Below, in pieces: positions 47,650-56,948 of a stretch of DNA of 64,000 bases (within the stretch, counting starts at the first letter, position 1; the number at the start of each line of letters is the position of its first letter). A program made the position numbers and the translations under genes. Source of the DNA: Haloferula rosea (lineage in GTDB: Bacteria; Verrucomicrobiota; Verrucomicrobiia; Verrucomicrobiales; Akkermansiaceae). The stretch is taken from assembly GCF_016595525.1 (NCBI RefSeq), contig NZ_JAENII010000011.1:101450-165449 (forward strand), in the 5' to 3' direction. A model generated the notes under the pieces. It had not been told where the DNA came from and did not search any database. It worked only from the letters and a program-made list of their open reading frames with translations.

Positions 47650-47697
47650 CGTGTAATATCAACACTAAGTCAACCCCTAAGTGTCAAAATAACACTT
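47650..47697. promoter_or_regulatory. Two tandem palindromes xGTGT-N7-ACACT upstream of the nrtR-like gene (candidate NrtR operators)
   Basis: cGTGTaatatcaACACT (47650-47666) and aAGTGTcaaaataACACTt (47679-47697) lie in the 208-bp gap between nudix2 and nrtR. They share the half-sites of the site upstream of pncB. Confidence 0.45.
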
Positions 47698-47767
47698 CTA
47701 GAAAATCAAGTAGGAATGAACCAGCACGATTGGGTCCGACCCTAGGCCTTCGCCGCACTTCACCGAG

Positions 47768-48199
47768 TTAGTCCAACTCACGGAATGCCCGCCGGAGGAT
47801 CTCGGCATGATCAAAGGCCAGACGTGGTAGATATCGGACAGGGAACCAGTCGAGCGCCGCCGCATCATCAGCCGCTCGTGGGCAAACCGTCGCCGCATCA
47901 ATCTTCGTCCAGAAGGCCAGCGACACCGTGTGTCCCCGGGGATCCCGCCCGGGATGCCCCCAGAATCCGAGCGGTTGAAACTTCAAGCCTGTCAGCTCGG
48001 TCTCTTCCTCCAGCTCTCGTTCAACCGCCCGATACGGATCTTCGTCCTCGTCGAGAAAGCCACCAGGAAGGGCCCAGTCACCCGCAAAAGGAGCGTGCTT
48101 TCGCTGGATCAGCAACACCTTCAAAGAGTCGCACTCACCGGAGAACACGATGGCATCCACAGTGACGGCGGGACGTGGATATTCGTAGGTGTAGCTCAT
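47768..48199 (-). CDS. Nudix hydrolase (ADP-ribose pyrophosphatase-like; paralog of NrtR Nudix domain lacking DNA-binding domain)
   Basis: MSYTYEYPRPAVTVDAIVFSG... has the same N-terminus as the NrtR-like gene. The Nudix box is GGFLDEDEDPYRAVERELEEETEL. It is 143 aa. Its start overlaps the nadE stop by 4 nt. Confidence 0.75.
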   Translation of the reverse strand: MSYTYEYPRPAVTVDAIVFSGECDSLKVLLIQRKHAPFAGDWALPGGFLDEDEDPYRAVERELEEETELTGLKFQPLGFWGHPGRDPRGHTVSLAFWTKIDAATVCPRAADDAAALDWFPVRYLPRLAFDHAEILRRAFRELD

Positions 48200-50136
48200 G
48201 CCTTCAAGGTCAGCTCACGGAGTTCATCTTCGAAACCACTGCTCAGGATCGGGAATCGACACCAGGTTTTGGGATCCAAATTCTCATCGTCCAGGTGAAA
48301 GCTCGGGGCGTAGCGCTCCCTCTTCCATTGGTTTCTCGACCAGAGCATGAAGAACCGAACCACCCACTCCTTGATAACCTTCTCATCATACTCGGGAAAG
48401 CGATGGCAGGTGAGGCAAAGCACTTCGGCCGGTGCATTCTTGTCCCGAATGGCGAGGCGTTCGATGTGATCAAGCACTGCATAGGGCATGAGATCACCTT
48501 CGTCGGTTTGCTCCTGCTCCGCCGGGCGGAGCTCGGCGGTAGGTCGCTGACCGTTGACCGCCGACAGCGCAGGCACAGCCGGAATGCCGTGGCCACCCTC
48601 GGTCTCCAACCACCGCAACCAATGGAGAAGGAAAGCCTTATCAATTCCCGCGATGGGACTCAAACCTCCACATGTATCGCCATCCATGGTGGCGTAGCCT
48701 ACAGCTGCCTCCGAACGGTTGCTGGTCGACAGCAAAAGGGCCTGCCGGAGGTTCGCCATCATCCAGATCCCTGGTGCCCGCACCCTGGCCTGAATGTTCT
48801 GCAAGGTGATATCATCCTGCTCCCAGTCGAGAGGACGTCCAAGCGTGTTCTCCGCGAGGCTGCGATACTGGTCAACCGCAGGTTGCACATCCCATTCGGC
48901 AAACTCAGCATCGAGTGCATCGGCCAACTGGCGGGCGGCATCTAGCGTAACAGCTCCACTATTCTCAGTCGCCTGATAGACGCATAGCAGGAGGTCCGCT
49001 GCATCAGTCTTCCCGCCGAGGTGGCCAAGTTTGCGATCGAATGCCTCACCGCCAAGCTCCTCCACGGCGAGCACGCGGGTAAGATGCACGAGACAGGCCA
49101 CGGCGGAGGAATCCGCCCCACCGCTCAGCGACACCACGAAGCCGCCTGAACGGCTCTTTCTCAGGTAGTCAAAGAGACCAAGGCAGACCGCTCGCGTAAA
49201 CTCCACTTCCTTGGTCAGGGTCGTCGCCACCTCAGGCAAACTCGGACAGTCGCCACAATTCCAACTGAAAGGCACACGCACAGCTGGCCCATCCTCCGGT
49301 CGCGGCTGCTGAGCCACCGTGCGGGCCTGAGCAAGGCGATTGCGGTCTAGGTCGACGACCGCGGAGCTCACCTCATGATCGAGGAAAGACAATCGACGGG
49401 TTGAACAAATCAGCTGCCCATTGCTGGCGATCATTCCACCTCCGTCGTAGATCACCCTGCCGGCCTCATTTCCCACCAAATTCGCGTAGACATAAGCCAC
49501 GCCGAACGCCCGGGAACCCTCGCTCACGAATTGCTCGCGAATGCTGTGCTTGGCGAACGCGAAGTGGCTCGCGCTGGGATTCAGAATGATGTCGACACCA
49601 AGCCCTGCCAAATGCCGTCCAGGGCGATCAGCCACCCATGCATCTTCACAAATCTCGAAACCTATCCGCACCCCACCAAGGTCGAAGGTCAAGTCGCCCA
49701 GGGGGATGAGATCTCCGTCCACTTGCACAACGGCCTTCACCCCTGACGGCCATGGTTTGAACCAACGGGTCTCGTAGTGCAGCCCATCGCCGGCGAGATT
49801 CTGCTTCGCGTGAAAGCCGAGCAGCTTTCCTTTCGCGATCAAGGCCACAACGTTGTAAACCGCATTCTGGTGCCGGAGCGGGAGGCCAATGGCTACTGCC
49901 ATTCCCCTGGTTTCAGGAAGCAGCTCCCGGAGCTGGTCCAGGGCTCGATCACAGATGTCCGGCGCGAGAAACTGGTCTTCGCATCCATAACCTGTGAGGG
50001 TGAGCTCCGGCAGGCAGAGAAGGTCCGCACGTTGCGCCCGTGCATCCGCAATGCAGTCACCAATGCGCCGCAGGTTGCCACTCCAATCAAGTGGCGTTTG
50101 ATTCACAGTGGCCGTAGCGAGTCGAATCGTCTTCAT
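48196..50136 (-). CDS. nadE: Glutamine-dependent NAD+ synthetase (N-terminal nitrilase/CN-hydrolase domain + C-terminal NAD synthetase domain)
   Basis: The 646-aa protein reads MKTIRLATATVNQTPLDWSGNLRRI...ADLLCLPELTLTGYGCED (CN hydrolase), then ...VVSLSGGADSSAVACL (PP-loop SGGxDS) and NAD synthetase motifs. Confidence 0.9.
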   Translation of the reverse strand: MKTIRLATATVNQTPLDWSGNLRRIGDCIADARAQRADLLCLPELTLTGYGCEDQFLAPDICDRALDQLRELLPETRGMAVAIGLPLRHQNAVYNVVALIAKGKLLGFHAKQNLAGDGLHYETRWFKPWPSGVKAVVQVDGDLIPLGDLTFDLGGVRIGFEICEDAWVADRPGRHLAGLGVDIILNPSASHFAFAKHSIREQFVSEGSRAFGVAYVYANLVGNEAGRVIYDGGGMIASNGQLICSTRRLSFLDHEVSSAVVDLDRNRLAQARTVAQQPRPEDGPAVRVPFSWNCGDCPSLPEVATTLTKEVEFTRAVCLGLFDYLRKSRSGGFVVSLSGGADSSAVACLVHLTRVLAVEELGGEAFDRKLGHLGGKTDAADLLLCVYQATENSGAVTLDAARQLADALDAEFAEWDVQPAVDQYRSLAENTLGRPLDWEQDDITLQNIQARVRAPGIWMMANLRQALLLSTSNRSEAAVGYATMDGDTCGGLSPIAGIDKAFLLHWLRWLETEGGHGIPAVPALSAVNGQRPTAELRPAEQEQTDEGDLMPYAVLDHIERLAIRDKNAPAEVLCLTCHRFPEYDEKVIKEWVVRFFMLWSRNQWKRERYAPSFHLDDENLDPKTWCRFPILSSGFEDELRELTLKA

Positions 50137-51497
50137 GCAGCAAATCCGTTGGTTTTGAGAAGCTGGCCCTTGATCACCTCGATCCCCTCGTCGATCCTTA
50201 CAACAGGAGACCCTTGGGCAAGTTGAGCCCAGGATTTCATCGCCTGCTCTCGGATTTCATCGATGGAGACATCCGGTAGAACCCGGCAACCACTACGAAC
50301 CGCCGGAACCAGTAGCTCGCTGCTTCCTTCAGGCAGACGACTTTCGGCCTCATTGAACAGAAGGTCCTCGATCACCTTGCCCTCGGCATCTCGTGTACGG
50401 GCGACCTGAAGCACGCCGGGATTCGAAACCTTGATCCGATCATTCGACAGCTTGATTCGGTATTTCCAACTGCCGTCTCGATTTCTCAGGGCTCCCAACT
50501 TGTAAACGCCCCCGAGGGCCGGCTGCTCAGCCGCGGTAACGAGCATGGTGCCAACACCCCATATGTCGATTCGCGCACCCGCCGCCTTGAGATCACGGAT
50601 CTTCGTAACGTCGAGGTCATTGCTGGCGATGATCTTGGTATCCGGCAATCCGGCCTCATCGAGGATTAGACGCGCCTCGATGCTCAAGGCAGCAAGATCA
50701 CCAGAATCCAAACGAATCCCAAGCAGCTCGTAGCCACCCGCCCGGAGTTTATGCCCAACTTTGACCGCATTGCGTACTCCTTCAAGCGTATCGTAGGTAT
50801 CCACGAGCAGGACCGCATTGTTTGGCATCGATGCCGCATAAGCTTCAAACGCCTCGAGTTCGGTATCGAAACTCATCACCCAGCTGTGGGCATGGGTCCC
50901 CTTGACGGGAATTCCATACAATTGACCCGCAAGAACATTCGAAGTGCCAACGCAGCCACCAATATAGGCCGCACGACTTGCACTTAGACCACCGTCCGGT
51001 CCTTGAGCACGGCGAAGCCCAAACTCGAAGATCGGATCTCCTCCAGCAGCCGCACAAAGCCGGGCTGCCTGGGTCGCGACAAGCGTCTGGAAGTTGACAA
51101 GATTCAAGAGGGCGGTCTCAACCAGCTGACACTGAAGCAAGGGACCGCGAATCCGCATCAACGGTTGGTTGGGGAACACCAACTCACCCTCCGGGATGGC
51201 ATCAACCTCCAACTGCCAATCGAGCCCGGCGAGGTAGGCAAGATAGCCCGACTCGAAAAGCCCCTCCCCGTCGGCACCCTTGAGCAAACCTAGATAGGCG
51301 AGGTCGGACTCACTAAAACGAAGCCCATCAAGAAACTCTGAGGCGGGCCCGGTACCAGCAACAATGGCAGCATCACCACCAAACGGCGCCCTCCTGAAAA
51401 ACAGATGGAAGACTGCTTCCTGCTCGGCCATGCCTTGCTTCCAGTAGCTGTAACCCATGGTCAGCTGGTAAAGATCTGTGAGGAGGGGTGACTTCAT
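50133..51497 (-). CDS. pncB: Nicotinate phosphoribosyltransferase
   Basis: The track ORF was trimmed to MKSPLLTDLYQLTMGYSYWKQGMAEQEAVFHLFFRR (canonical PncB N-terminus; ATG at 51497, confirmed in the printed sequence). ...GTHAHSWVMSF... carries the phospho-His motif. Confidence 0.85.
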   Translation of the reverse strand: MKSPLLTDLYQLTMGYSYWKQGMAEQEAVFHLFFRRAPFGGDAAIVAGTGPASEFLDGLRFSESDLAYLGLLKGADGEGLFESGYLAYLAGLDWQLEVDAIPEGELVFPNQPLMRIRGPLLQCQLVETALLNLVNFQTLVATQAARLCAAAGGDPIFEFGLRRAQGPDGGLSASRAAYIGGCVGTSNVLAGQLYGIPVKGTHAHSWVMSFDTELEAFEAYAASMPNNAVLLVDTYDTLEGVRNAVKVGHKLRAGGYELLGIRLDSGDLAALSIEARLILDEAGLPDTKIIASNDLDVTKIRDLKAAGARIDIWGVGTMLVTAAEQPALGGVYKLGALRNRDGSWKYRIKLSNDRIKVSNPGVLQVARTRDAEGKVIEDLLFNEAESRLPEGSSELLVPAVRSGCRVLPDVSIDEIREQAMKSWAQLAQGSPVVRIDEGIEVIKGQLLKTNGFAA

Positions 51498-51510
51498 GCC
51501 AAACCTATAT

Positions 51511-51527
51511 AGTGTATTTTTTACACT
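51511..51527. promoter_or_regulatory. Perfect 17-bp palindrome AGTGT-N7-ACACT 14 nt upstream of pncB start (candidate NrtR operator / promoter overlap)
   Basis: agtgtattttttacact is a perfect palindrome with an odd centre. It sits in an AT-rich pocket (tatat just 3' of it on the plus strand) of the pncB/GalU-like divergent intergenic region. Confidence 0.45.
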
Positions 51528-51777
51528 TACAACAATTTTGTGCGATGCAGCCCTCCCCTTGGGACATCCCAACACCCCATCGAGGGCAAGACCCAGATCG
51601 TGTCGGGACCTTTCCCACCGGACCGGTGATTGCTTCAGATCATAGGTCTTCTTCGAGTTGTGACTGATTCGCGAAACGTCCTCCCCAGTCCAGCGAACCC
51701 ACCCGCAATCCCTTTTTGCCATCGCCCTGACGCCGCAGTCTGCCCAAGCTCGCCGCAGCCACCTCTCCCGCGTATTC

Positions 51778-52626
51778 ATGAAAATCAACAAGGCGGTGAT
51801 CACCGCTGCCAGCCCGGAACATCGGACGCTCCCCATCCAGTCCCTCATCGACCACGATGGCGTCGAGCGAAGCGTCATCGAAATCCTCCTCAATGAAGTC
51901 CAGTCCGCCGGCATCGAAGACGTCTGCGTGATCGTCCACCCCGGCGACGCCGAGGCCTATCAGCAGGCCGCCTCCGGCACCTCGCTCAAGCTCCATTTCA
52001 TCGAGCAGACCGAGCGCCGCGGATACGGCCACGCCCTTTCGCTGGCCGCCGACTTCACCGCCGGTGAAAGCTTCCTCCACAGCGTCTGCGATCACCTCTT
52101 CATCAGCCGGGATCCGGACAAGTCCTGCGCCCGCCAGCTCGTCGAGTCCGCCAAGCGCGAGGGCTGCGCCATCTCAGCCGTGCAATCGACCCGCGAAACC
52201 GAAATCCAGCACTACGGCGCCGTCGCCGGTGACCTGCAACGCGGCAGCTCCGCCCATCCGCTCTACGCGATTCGTGAGGTCATCGAGAAGCCCACACCAA
52301 CCATCGCCGAGCAGAAACTCATCGTGCCCGGCCTGCGCAGCGGCCGCTACCTGACCTTCTTCGGCATGCATGTCCTCACCCCCACGGTCATGACCCTGCT
52401 GAAACACCAGACCGACTCCGGCGCCGACAACATCCAGCTCTCCCCCGTCCTCGCCGAGCTCGCCAAGCGCGAACAGTACGGGGCCCTTCTAATCCAGGGT
52501 GACCGCCACCACGTCAGCCTGAAGTACGGCCTCTTCCGTGCCCAACTCGCTCTCGCCCTCGCCGGCCAAGAACGTGAGCAGATCCTCAGCGACCTGCTCG
52601 AACTCGTCGCCCACTCCCGCCGCTGA
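51778..52626 (+). CDS. Sugar-1-phosphate nucleotidyltransferase-like protein (GalU-like fold) with degenerate glycine-rich loop
   Basis: MKINKAVITAASPEHRTLPIQSL... aligns to the GalU N-terminus (KAVIPVAGLGTRMLPATKA). The nucleotide-binding G-loop AGLGTR is replaced by ASPEHR. The rest (...AGIEDVCVIVHPGD...RRGYGHAL...) follows the rmlA/GalU pattern. Confidence 0.45.
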   Translation: MKINKAVITAASPEHRTLPIQSLIDHDGVERSVIEILLNEVQSAGIEDVCVIVHPGDAEAYQQAASGTSLKLHFIEQTERRGYGHALSLAADFTAGESFLHSVCDHLFISRDPDKSCARQLVESAKREGCAISAVQSTRETEIQHYGAVAGDLQRGSSAHPLYAIREVIEKPTPTIAEQKLIVPGLRSGRYLTFFGMHVLTPTVMTLLKHQTDSGADNIQLSPVLAELAKREQYGALLIQGDRHHVSLKYGLFRAQLALALAGQEREQILSDLLELVAHSRR

Positions 52627-52632
52627 CCCCCG

Positions 52633-55600
52633 ATGACGATGCCCGGCACACTCATCGAGTTGATCACCTCAGAGAGCGAGGAAATCAGAAACCGCTCCCT
52701 GGACGAAGCATGCCGCCCACTGGGCCTCACCGAGCTTGTCGCCGAGTGCCTCGCGCTCGACGCCTTCCGCAAGTCCTCCGGCAATCTCTACGACAGCGTT
52801 CGCGCGCTCTTCTTCCTCTCCAACATCCACCGCTTCCACCTGCCGAAACAGGATGGCGTCGGCGCCAGCGGCCACGTCCCCTACCACGGCTACGTCCACC
52901 TGCTGGAAAGACGCTTTGAAGAGGCCATCGAGACCTTCCTTGCCCGAGCGGAAGCCGATGGCTGGAACGAGACCATCTGCAGCGCCCTCGCCAAGGCCTA
53001 CCACCAACTTGCCTTCCAGCTTCTCGCCGACCAGGTCCGCACCAGCGTGCGCTCCGTCGCTGGCAACCAGTGGATGTTCCGCCTCGGCCACCCCCAGGAC
53101 CAACCACTATCGATCCGGCGTGAGCTTCTCGACTCCGCCGACCCGACCCACCCCGTTTTTCCCGTCCTGCGCGAACGCACCCCGGTCCGCATGGACCTCA
53201 CCCACAGTGCGTGGAGTGACATCTTCTTCCTCGGCATGGACTTCCCCGCCGGAGCCCAGGTCATCAATGTCTCGGTGGACCTCGGAATCCGCGGCCGGGA
53301 TCCCTCTCCGGAACCCCCGATCGAGTCCTACCTCCGCGTCATCGACGAACCAGTCATCCGACTCGTCAGCGTCGACCTCGAAGCCCACAAGGACATCACC
53401 CAGCTCGACGAGATCTTCGACTACGCCGCCGACTACCTCGGCCTGCTCAAGGCGGCCCTGGTGGCCTCCGGGCTGGTCCCTCCCGGACTCGAAGGATCCG
53501 GCCAGAAACTCGTCGACCTGTTGGAAAAGCTCGTCGGCCCCGGACGCGGCATCGAACTCGCCAGCCACGTGCGCGGGATTCCGAAAGGATCACGCCTCGC
53601 CGTCTCCACCAACCTGCTCGCCTCCCTCATCTCGCTGTGCATGCGCGCCACCGGGCAGACCACCCGACTTACCGGCCCGCTCGACGAAGACGGCCGCCGC
53701 CTGGTCGCCGCACGCGCCATCCTCGGCGAATGGCTCGGCGGCTCCGGCGGAGGTTGGCAGGACTCCGGCGGCGTCTGGCCCGGGATCAAGGTGATCCGCG
53801 GCCAGCAGTCCGCCCAAGGCGACCCGGAGCACGGCATCAGCCGCGGGCGACTCATGCCCGATCATGAGATCCTCACGCCGCCGAAACTCCACACCGACAT
53901 CGCGAGGAAGCTGCAGGACAGCCTCGTCGTCGTGCACGGCGGCATGGCTCAGAACGTCGGCCCCATCCTCGAGATGGTGACCGAGAAATACCTCCTCCGC
54001 TGCGGCGACGAATGGACCGCCCGCCTGGAAGCCATCGACCTGCTGGGCGAAGTCCTCGACGGCCTCGGGAAGGGTGACATCCAGCAGCTCGGCGACACCA
54101 CCACCCGTAACTTCTTTAGTCCCCTGCAAACCATCATTCCATGGTGCAGTAACCTCTTCACCGAAAGGCTGATCCAGAAATGCCGCGCCCAGTATGGCGA
54201 CCGCTTCTGGGGATTCTGGATGCTCGGCGGCATGGCCGGCGGCGGGATGGGCTTCGTCTTCGACCCCACCATCAAAGCCGAAGCGCAGGACTGGCTTCAG
54301 GAGGAAATGCTCAAGACCAAGCAGGAACTCGGCAAAGCGCTCCCCTTCGCCATCGATCCGGTCGTCTATGAATTCGCCATCAATGACGACGGCACCGCCG
54401 CCAAGTTGTTGGAAGGGACGCATGCACTCCTCGGCCGCCCCTACTACCGGGTCATGCTCCCCACCATCATCCGACAGGATCCCAAGACCCTCAGCCGCGC
54501 CCGCCGCGAGGAACTGCAGCGTCTAGGCGAGGCATTCTCCAGCGACGACACCTTCCGCTCACTCGTCCCGCAGATCTTCCAGCGACTTTTTCCCGAGCAC
54601 AACGAGCAGCAATCCAGCGGCGACCTCCGAGGTCTGTTGGAAGCCAATGGCTTCGACAGCATCCAGCACGAACAAATCCGCGATGAGCTCAAGACCGGTC
54701 GCATCGGCCTCGCCCAGAACCGCATGCCCAGCGGCACCCGCATCGAGGATGTCGCCCCCCATGAAATCAGCCGCCTGACCGGCAAGGACACCGGCCACCC
54801 CGACGAGCTCGCCCTCGGACGCGAAGCACTCGCCCGTGGCGAAGCCGCCGTCATCACCCTCGCCGCCGGCATCGGCAGTCGTTGGACCCAGGGCGCCGGC
54901 GTCGTCAAAGGCCTGCACCCCTTCTGCAAGTTCAGCGGAAAACACCGGAGCTTCATGGAAACCCACCTCGCCAAGAGCCGCCGAACCGGCCTTGAGCACG
55001 GTCATTTCCCGGCCCACATCTTCACCGCCAGTTATCTCACGGAGCGCTCGCTCAGTGATTTCCTTGAGAGCCATGAGAACTTCGCCTACCCCGGCGAAAC
55101 CCTCGTCTCAGGCGGCAGGTCCATCGGACTGCGCATGGTGCCGACCGAGCGCGACCTGCGCTTTGCGTGGGAGGAACTCCCCCAGCAGGCACTCGATGAA
55201 CAGGCCCAGAAGGTTCGCGAAAGCAGCCACGCCGCCCTCATCGGCTGGGCACGCGAAGCGGGGGAAGCCAGCGATTACACCGACAATCTGCCCGACCAGT
55301 GCCTGCACCCCGTCGGCCACTGGTATGAAGTCCCGAACCTCCTGCTCAACGGCACCCTGTCCGCCCTGCTCAAGCGCCAGCCACAGCTGAAGCACCTCAT
55401 GCTTCACAACATCGATACCGTGGGCGCCAACCTCGACCCCGGAATCCTCGGACATCACATCGCCGCAGGATCCACCCTGAGCTTCGAGGTCATCAGCCGC
55501 CACATCGACGACCGCGGCGGCGGCCTCGCCCGCGTCAATGGCCGGCTCGAACTCGTCGAAGGCCTGGCCATGCCCAACGAACAGGCCGAGTTCGCGCTCT

Positions 55601-55971
55601 CCTACTACAACTCCATGACCACATGGATCGATATCGACGGCCTGCTGCTCGCCTTCGGACTGACCCGGGACACCCTCGACGATACCGCCGCTGTCGTGCA
55701 GGGCGTCCGCCGTGTCGCCCGCCGCATGCCCACCTACGTCACCCTGAAGGACGTCAAGAAACGGTGGGGCAGCGGACAAGAGGACATCTTCCCCGTCACC
55801 CAGTTCGAGAAATTGTGGAGCGACATGACCCGCCTCGATGAAGTCCGCTCCGACTTCATCCTCGTCGATCGCCCCCGAGGTCAGCAGCTCAAGGAGCAGG
55901 CCCAGCTCGACGGCTGGCTGCGCGACGGCTCGGCGCACTACGTCGATCAACGGTGCACCTGGGATTCCTGA
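52633..55971 (+). CDS. 1112-aa protein: ~680-aa N-terminal domain of unknown function + C-terminal UDPGP-family (eukaryotic-type UDP-sugar pyrophosphorylase-like) domain
   Basis: The C-terminal half GEAAVITLAAGIGSRWTQGAGVVKGLHPF...HIFTASYLT...MLHNIDTVGANLDP...GGGLARVNGRLELVEGLAMP resembles the LxGGxGTRxG / DNxxxxxDP pattern of UDP-glucose and UDP-GlcNAc pyrophosphorylases. The N-terminal half is unassigned. It starts 7 nt after the GalU-like gene. Confidence 0.45.
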   Translation: MTMPGTLIELITSESEEIRNRSLDEACRPLGLTELVAECLALDAFRKSSGNLYDSVRALFFLSNIHRFHLPKQDGVGASGHVPYHGYVHLLERRFEEAIETFLARAEADGWNETICSALAKAYHQLAFQLLADQVRTSVRSVAGNQWMFRLGHPQDQPLSIRRELLDSADPTHPVFPVLRERTPVRMDLTHSAWSDIFFLGMDFPAGAQVINVSVDLGIRGRDPSPEPPIESYLRVIDEPVIRLVSVDLEAHKDITQLDEIFDYAADYLGLLKAALVASGLVPPGLEGSGQKLVDLLEKLVGPGRGIELASHVRGIPKGSRLAVSTNLLASLISLCMRATGQTTRLTGPLDEDGRRLVAARAILGEWLGGSGGGWQDSGGVWPGIKVIRGQQSAQGDPEHGISRGRLMPDHEILTPPKLHTDIARKLQDSLVVVHGGMAQNVGPILEMVTEKYLLRCGDEWTARLEAIDLLGEVLDGLGKGDIQQLGDTTTRNFFSPLQTIIPWCSNLFTERLIQKCRAQYGDRFWGFWMLGGMAGGGMGFVFDPTIKAEAQDWLQEEMLKTKQELGKALPFAIDPVVYEFAINDDGTAAKLLEGTHALLGRPYYRVMLPTIIRQDPKTLSRARREELQRLGEAFSSDDTFRSLVPQIFQRLFPEHNEQQSSGDLRGLLEANGFDSIQHEQIRDELKTGRIGLAQNRMPSGTRIEDVAPHEISRLTGKDTGHPDELALGREALARGEAAVITLAAGIGSRWTQGAGVVKGLHPFCKFSGKHRSFMETHLAKSRRTGLEHGHFPAHIFTASYLTERSLSDFLESHENFAYPGETLVSGGRSIGLRMVPTERDLRFAWEELPQQALDEQAQKVRESSHAALIGWAREAGEASDYTDNLPDQCLHPVGHWYEVPNLLLNGTLSALLKRQPQLKHLMLHNIDTVGANLDPGILGHHIAAGSTLSFEVISRHIDDRGGGLARVNGRLELVEGLAMPNEQAEFALSYYNSMTTWIDIDGLLLAFGLTRDTLDDTAAVVQGVRRVARRMPTYVTLKDVKKRWGSGQEDIFPVTQFEKLWSDMTRLDEVRSDFILVDRPRGQQLKEQAQLDGWLRDGSAHYVDQRCTWDS

Positions 55972-55974
55972 AAC

Positions 55975-56820
55975 CTACTCCTTCTTGATCTGTACCTTGC
56001 GCAGTCGCTCCGGCCACTCGAATGTCGGCGCACTCGTCGGATCGTATCCCTCGAGGTGCCCCGTCAGGCGGGTCGCAGGCTTCGTGTAGGTCAGCTCGGT
56101 CCTGCCGAAGACCTCTTCACACAACTTCGCCAGTTCCGGATCATACTCGATCAGTTCCTTGCGCGTATTGACGTGGTTGTGGTCGTGGTCCGGCTCGCGG
56201 TTGTTGTCGAACCAACTCTGCACTCCTTCCGCCCAGTACTCCCGGCTGTTGGTCGCCGCATACTTCCCCTTCCACAGACCCTTCTTCATCGCCGCTTCGT
56301 AGGCCTTCTCCAGTCGCGCATCGAAGGTGGGATCCACATGGATCAGCCCGCGCAGGTGAATGTTGTGCGCGAACTCGTGGATGAGGATGTTCTCCGTCGA
56401 GTACGGGTCGCCCTCGAATCCCAACAGATTCTCCTCACCGCACGAACACACCGGGTCCGTCTCCGAACCACCCAGTCCCCGGGCACGCCGGTCCCACCAG
56501 TCCTTCGGCTTCAAGTGCGCATGTCCCGGGATGTCGGTCGTGAATTCGTCATGCGCCATCACCGCCATGCGGGACTCATGCTCGATCATCGCCTTGCGGA
56601 CATCCGGCCGCTCGGCGAGCATCAGATTGATCAGGTAAGCCGCTTCCTTCAGCGCATAGTCATTCACCTTCGCGGAACCGACCACCGGATAGCCCGTCGC
56701 ACTCACATGCTTCTGGTAAAAGTCCGGCAGCTTCAGCTCGGCCGGCACCGGCCCCACCTCGAGCGGCTCCGCCGTCAAGACCGCTCCACAGAAGCACCCG
56801 GCAATTCCAAGAAATTTCAT
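55975..56820 (-). CDS. Secreted putative zinc metallopeptidase (HExxH ... E motif)
   Basis: The track ORF was trimmed to MKFLGIAGCFCGAVLTAEP (signal peptide; ATG at 56820, confirmed). ILIHEFAHNIH (HExxH) is followed by ...REYWAEGVQSW (candidate third ligand Glu). The family was not identified. Confidence 0.45.
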   Translation of the reverse strand: MKFLGIAGCFCGAVLTAEPLEVGPVPAELKLPDFYQKHVSATGYPVVGSAKVNDYALKEAAYLINLMLAERPDVRKAMIEHESRMAVMAHDEFTTDIPGHAHLKPKDWWDRRARGLGGSETDPVCSCGEENLLGFEGDPYSTENILIHEFAHNIHLRGLIHVDPTFDARLEKAYEAAMKKGLWKGKYAATNSREYWAEGVQSWFDNNREPDHDHNHVNTRKELIEYDPELAKLCEEVFGRTELTYTKPATRLTGHLEGYDPTSAPTFEWPERLRKVQIKKE

Positions 56821-56948
56821 CCGCAGCCATACCACCCCCACCGGCCCATCCTTTCGCCCATCGACTCCGGAAAGGATGACAGGAAGAAACAATCCGCGTC
56901 CGCCAGCGCAACCAGAACGACCCACAGACTTGCCAACATGATGCCGGG

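Noticed and set aside
50133-51914. Long N-terminal extensions on track ORFs (for example pncB 50133..51914, NodT 3970..5625, GT4 1632..3005, beta-helix 20665..23694)
   Set aside because: Conserved N-termini or signal peptides begin at internal Met codons (MKSPLLTDLYQLTMGY, MLATSRIALPSAVLTLILPCC, MSTIVSSF, MKRTRKLLLAGALA). The upstream extensions have no features and would overlap the neighbouring genes.
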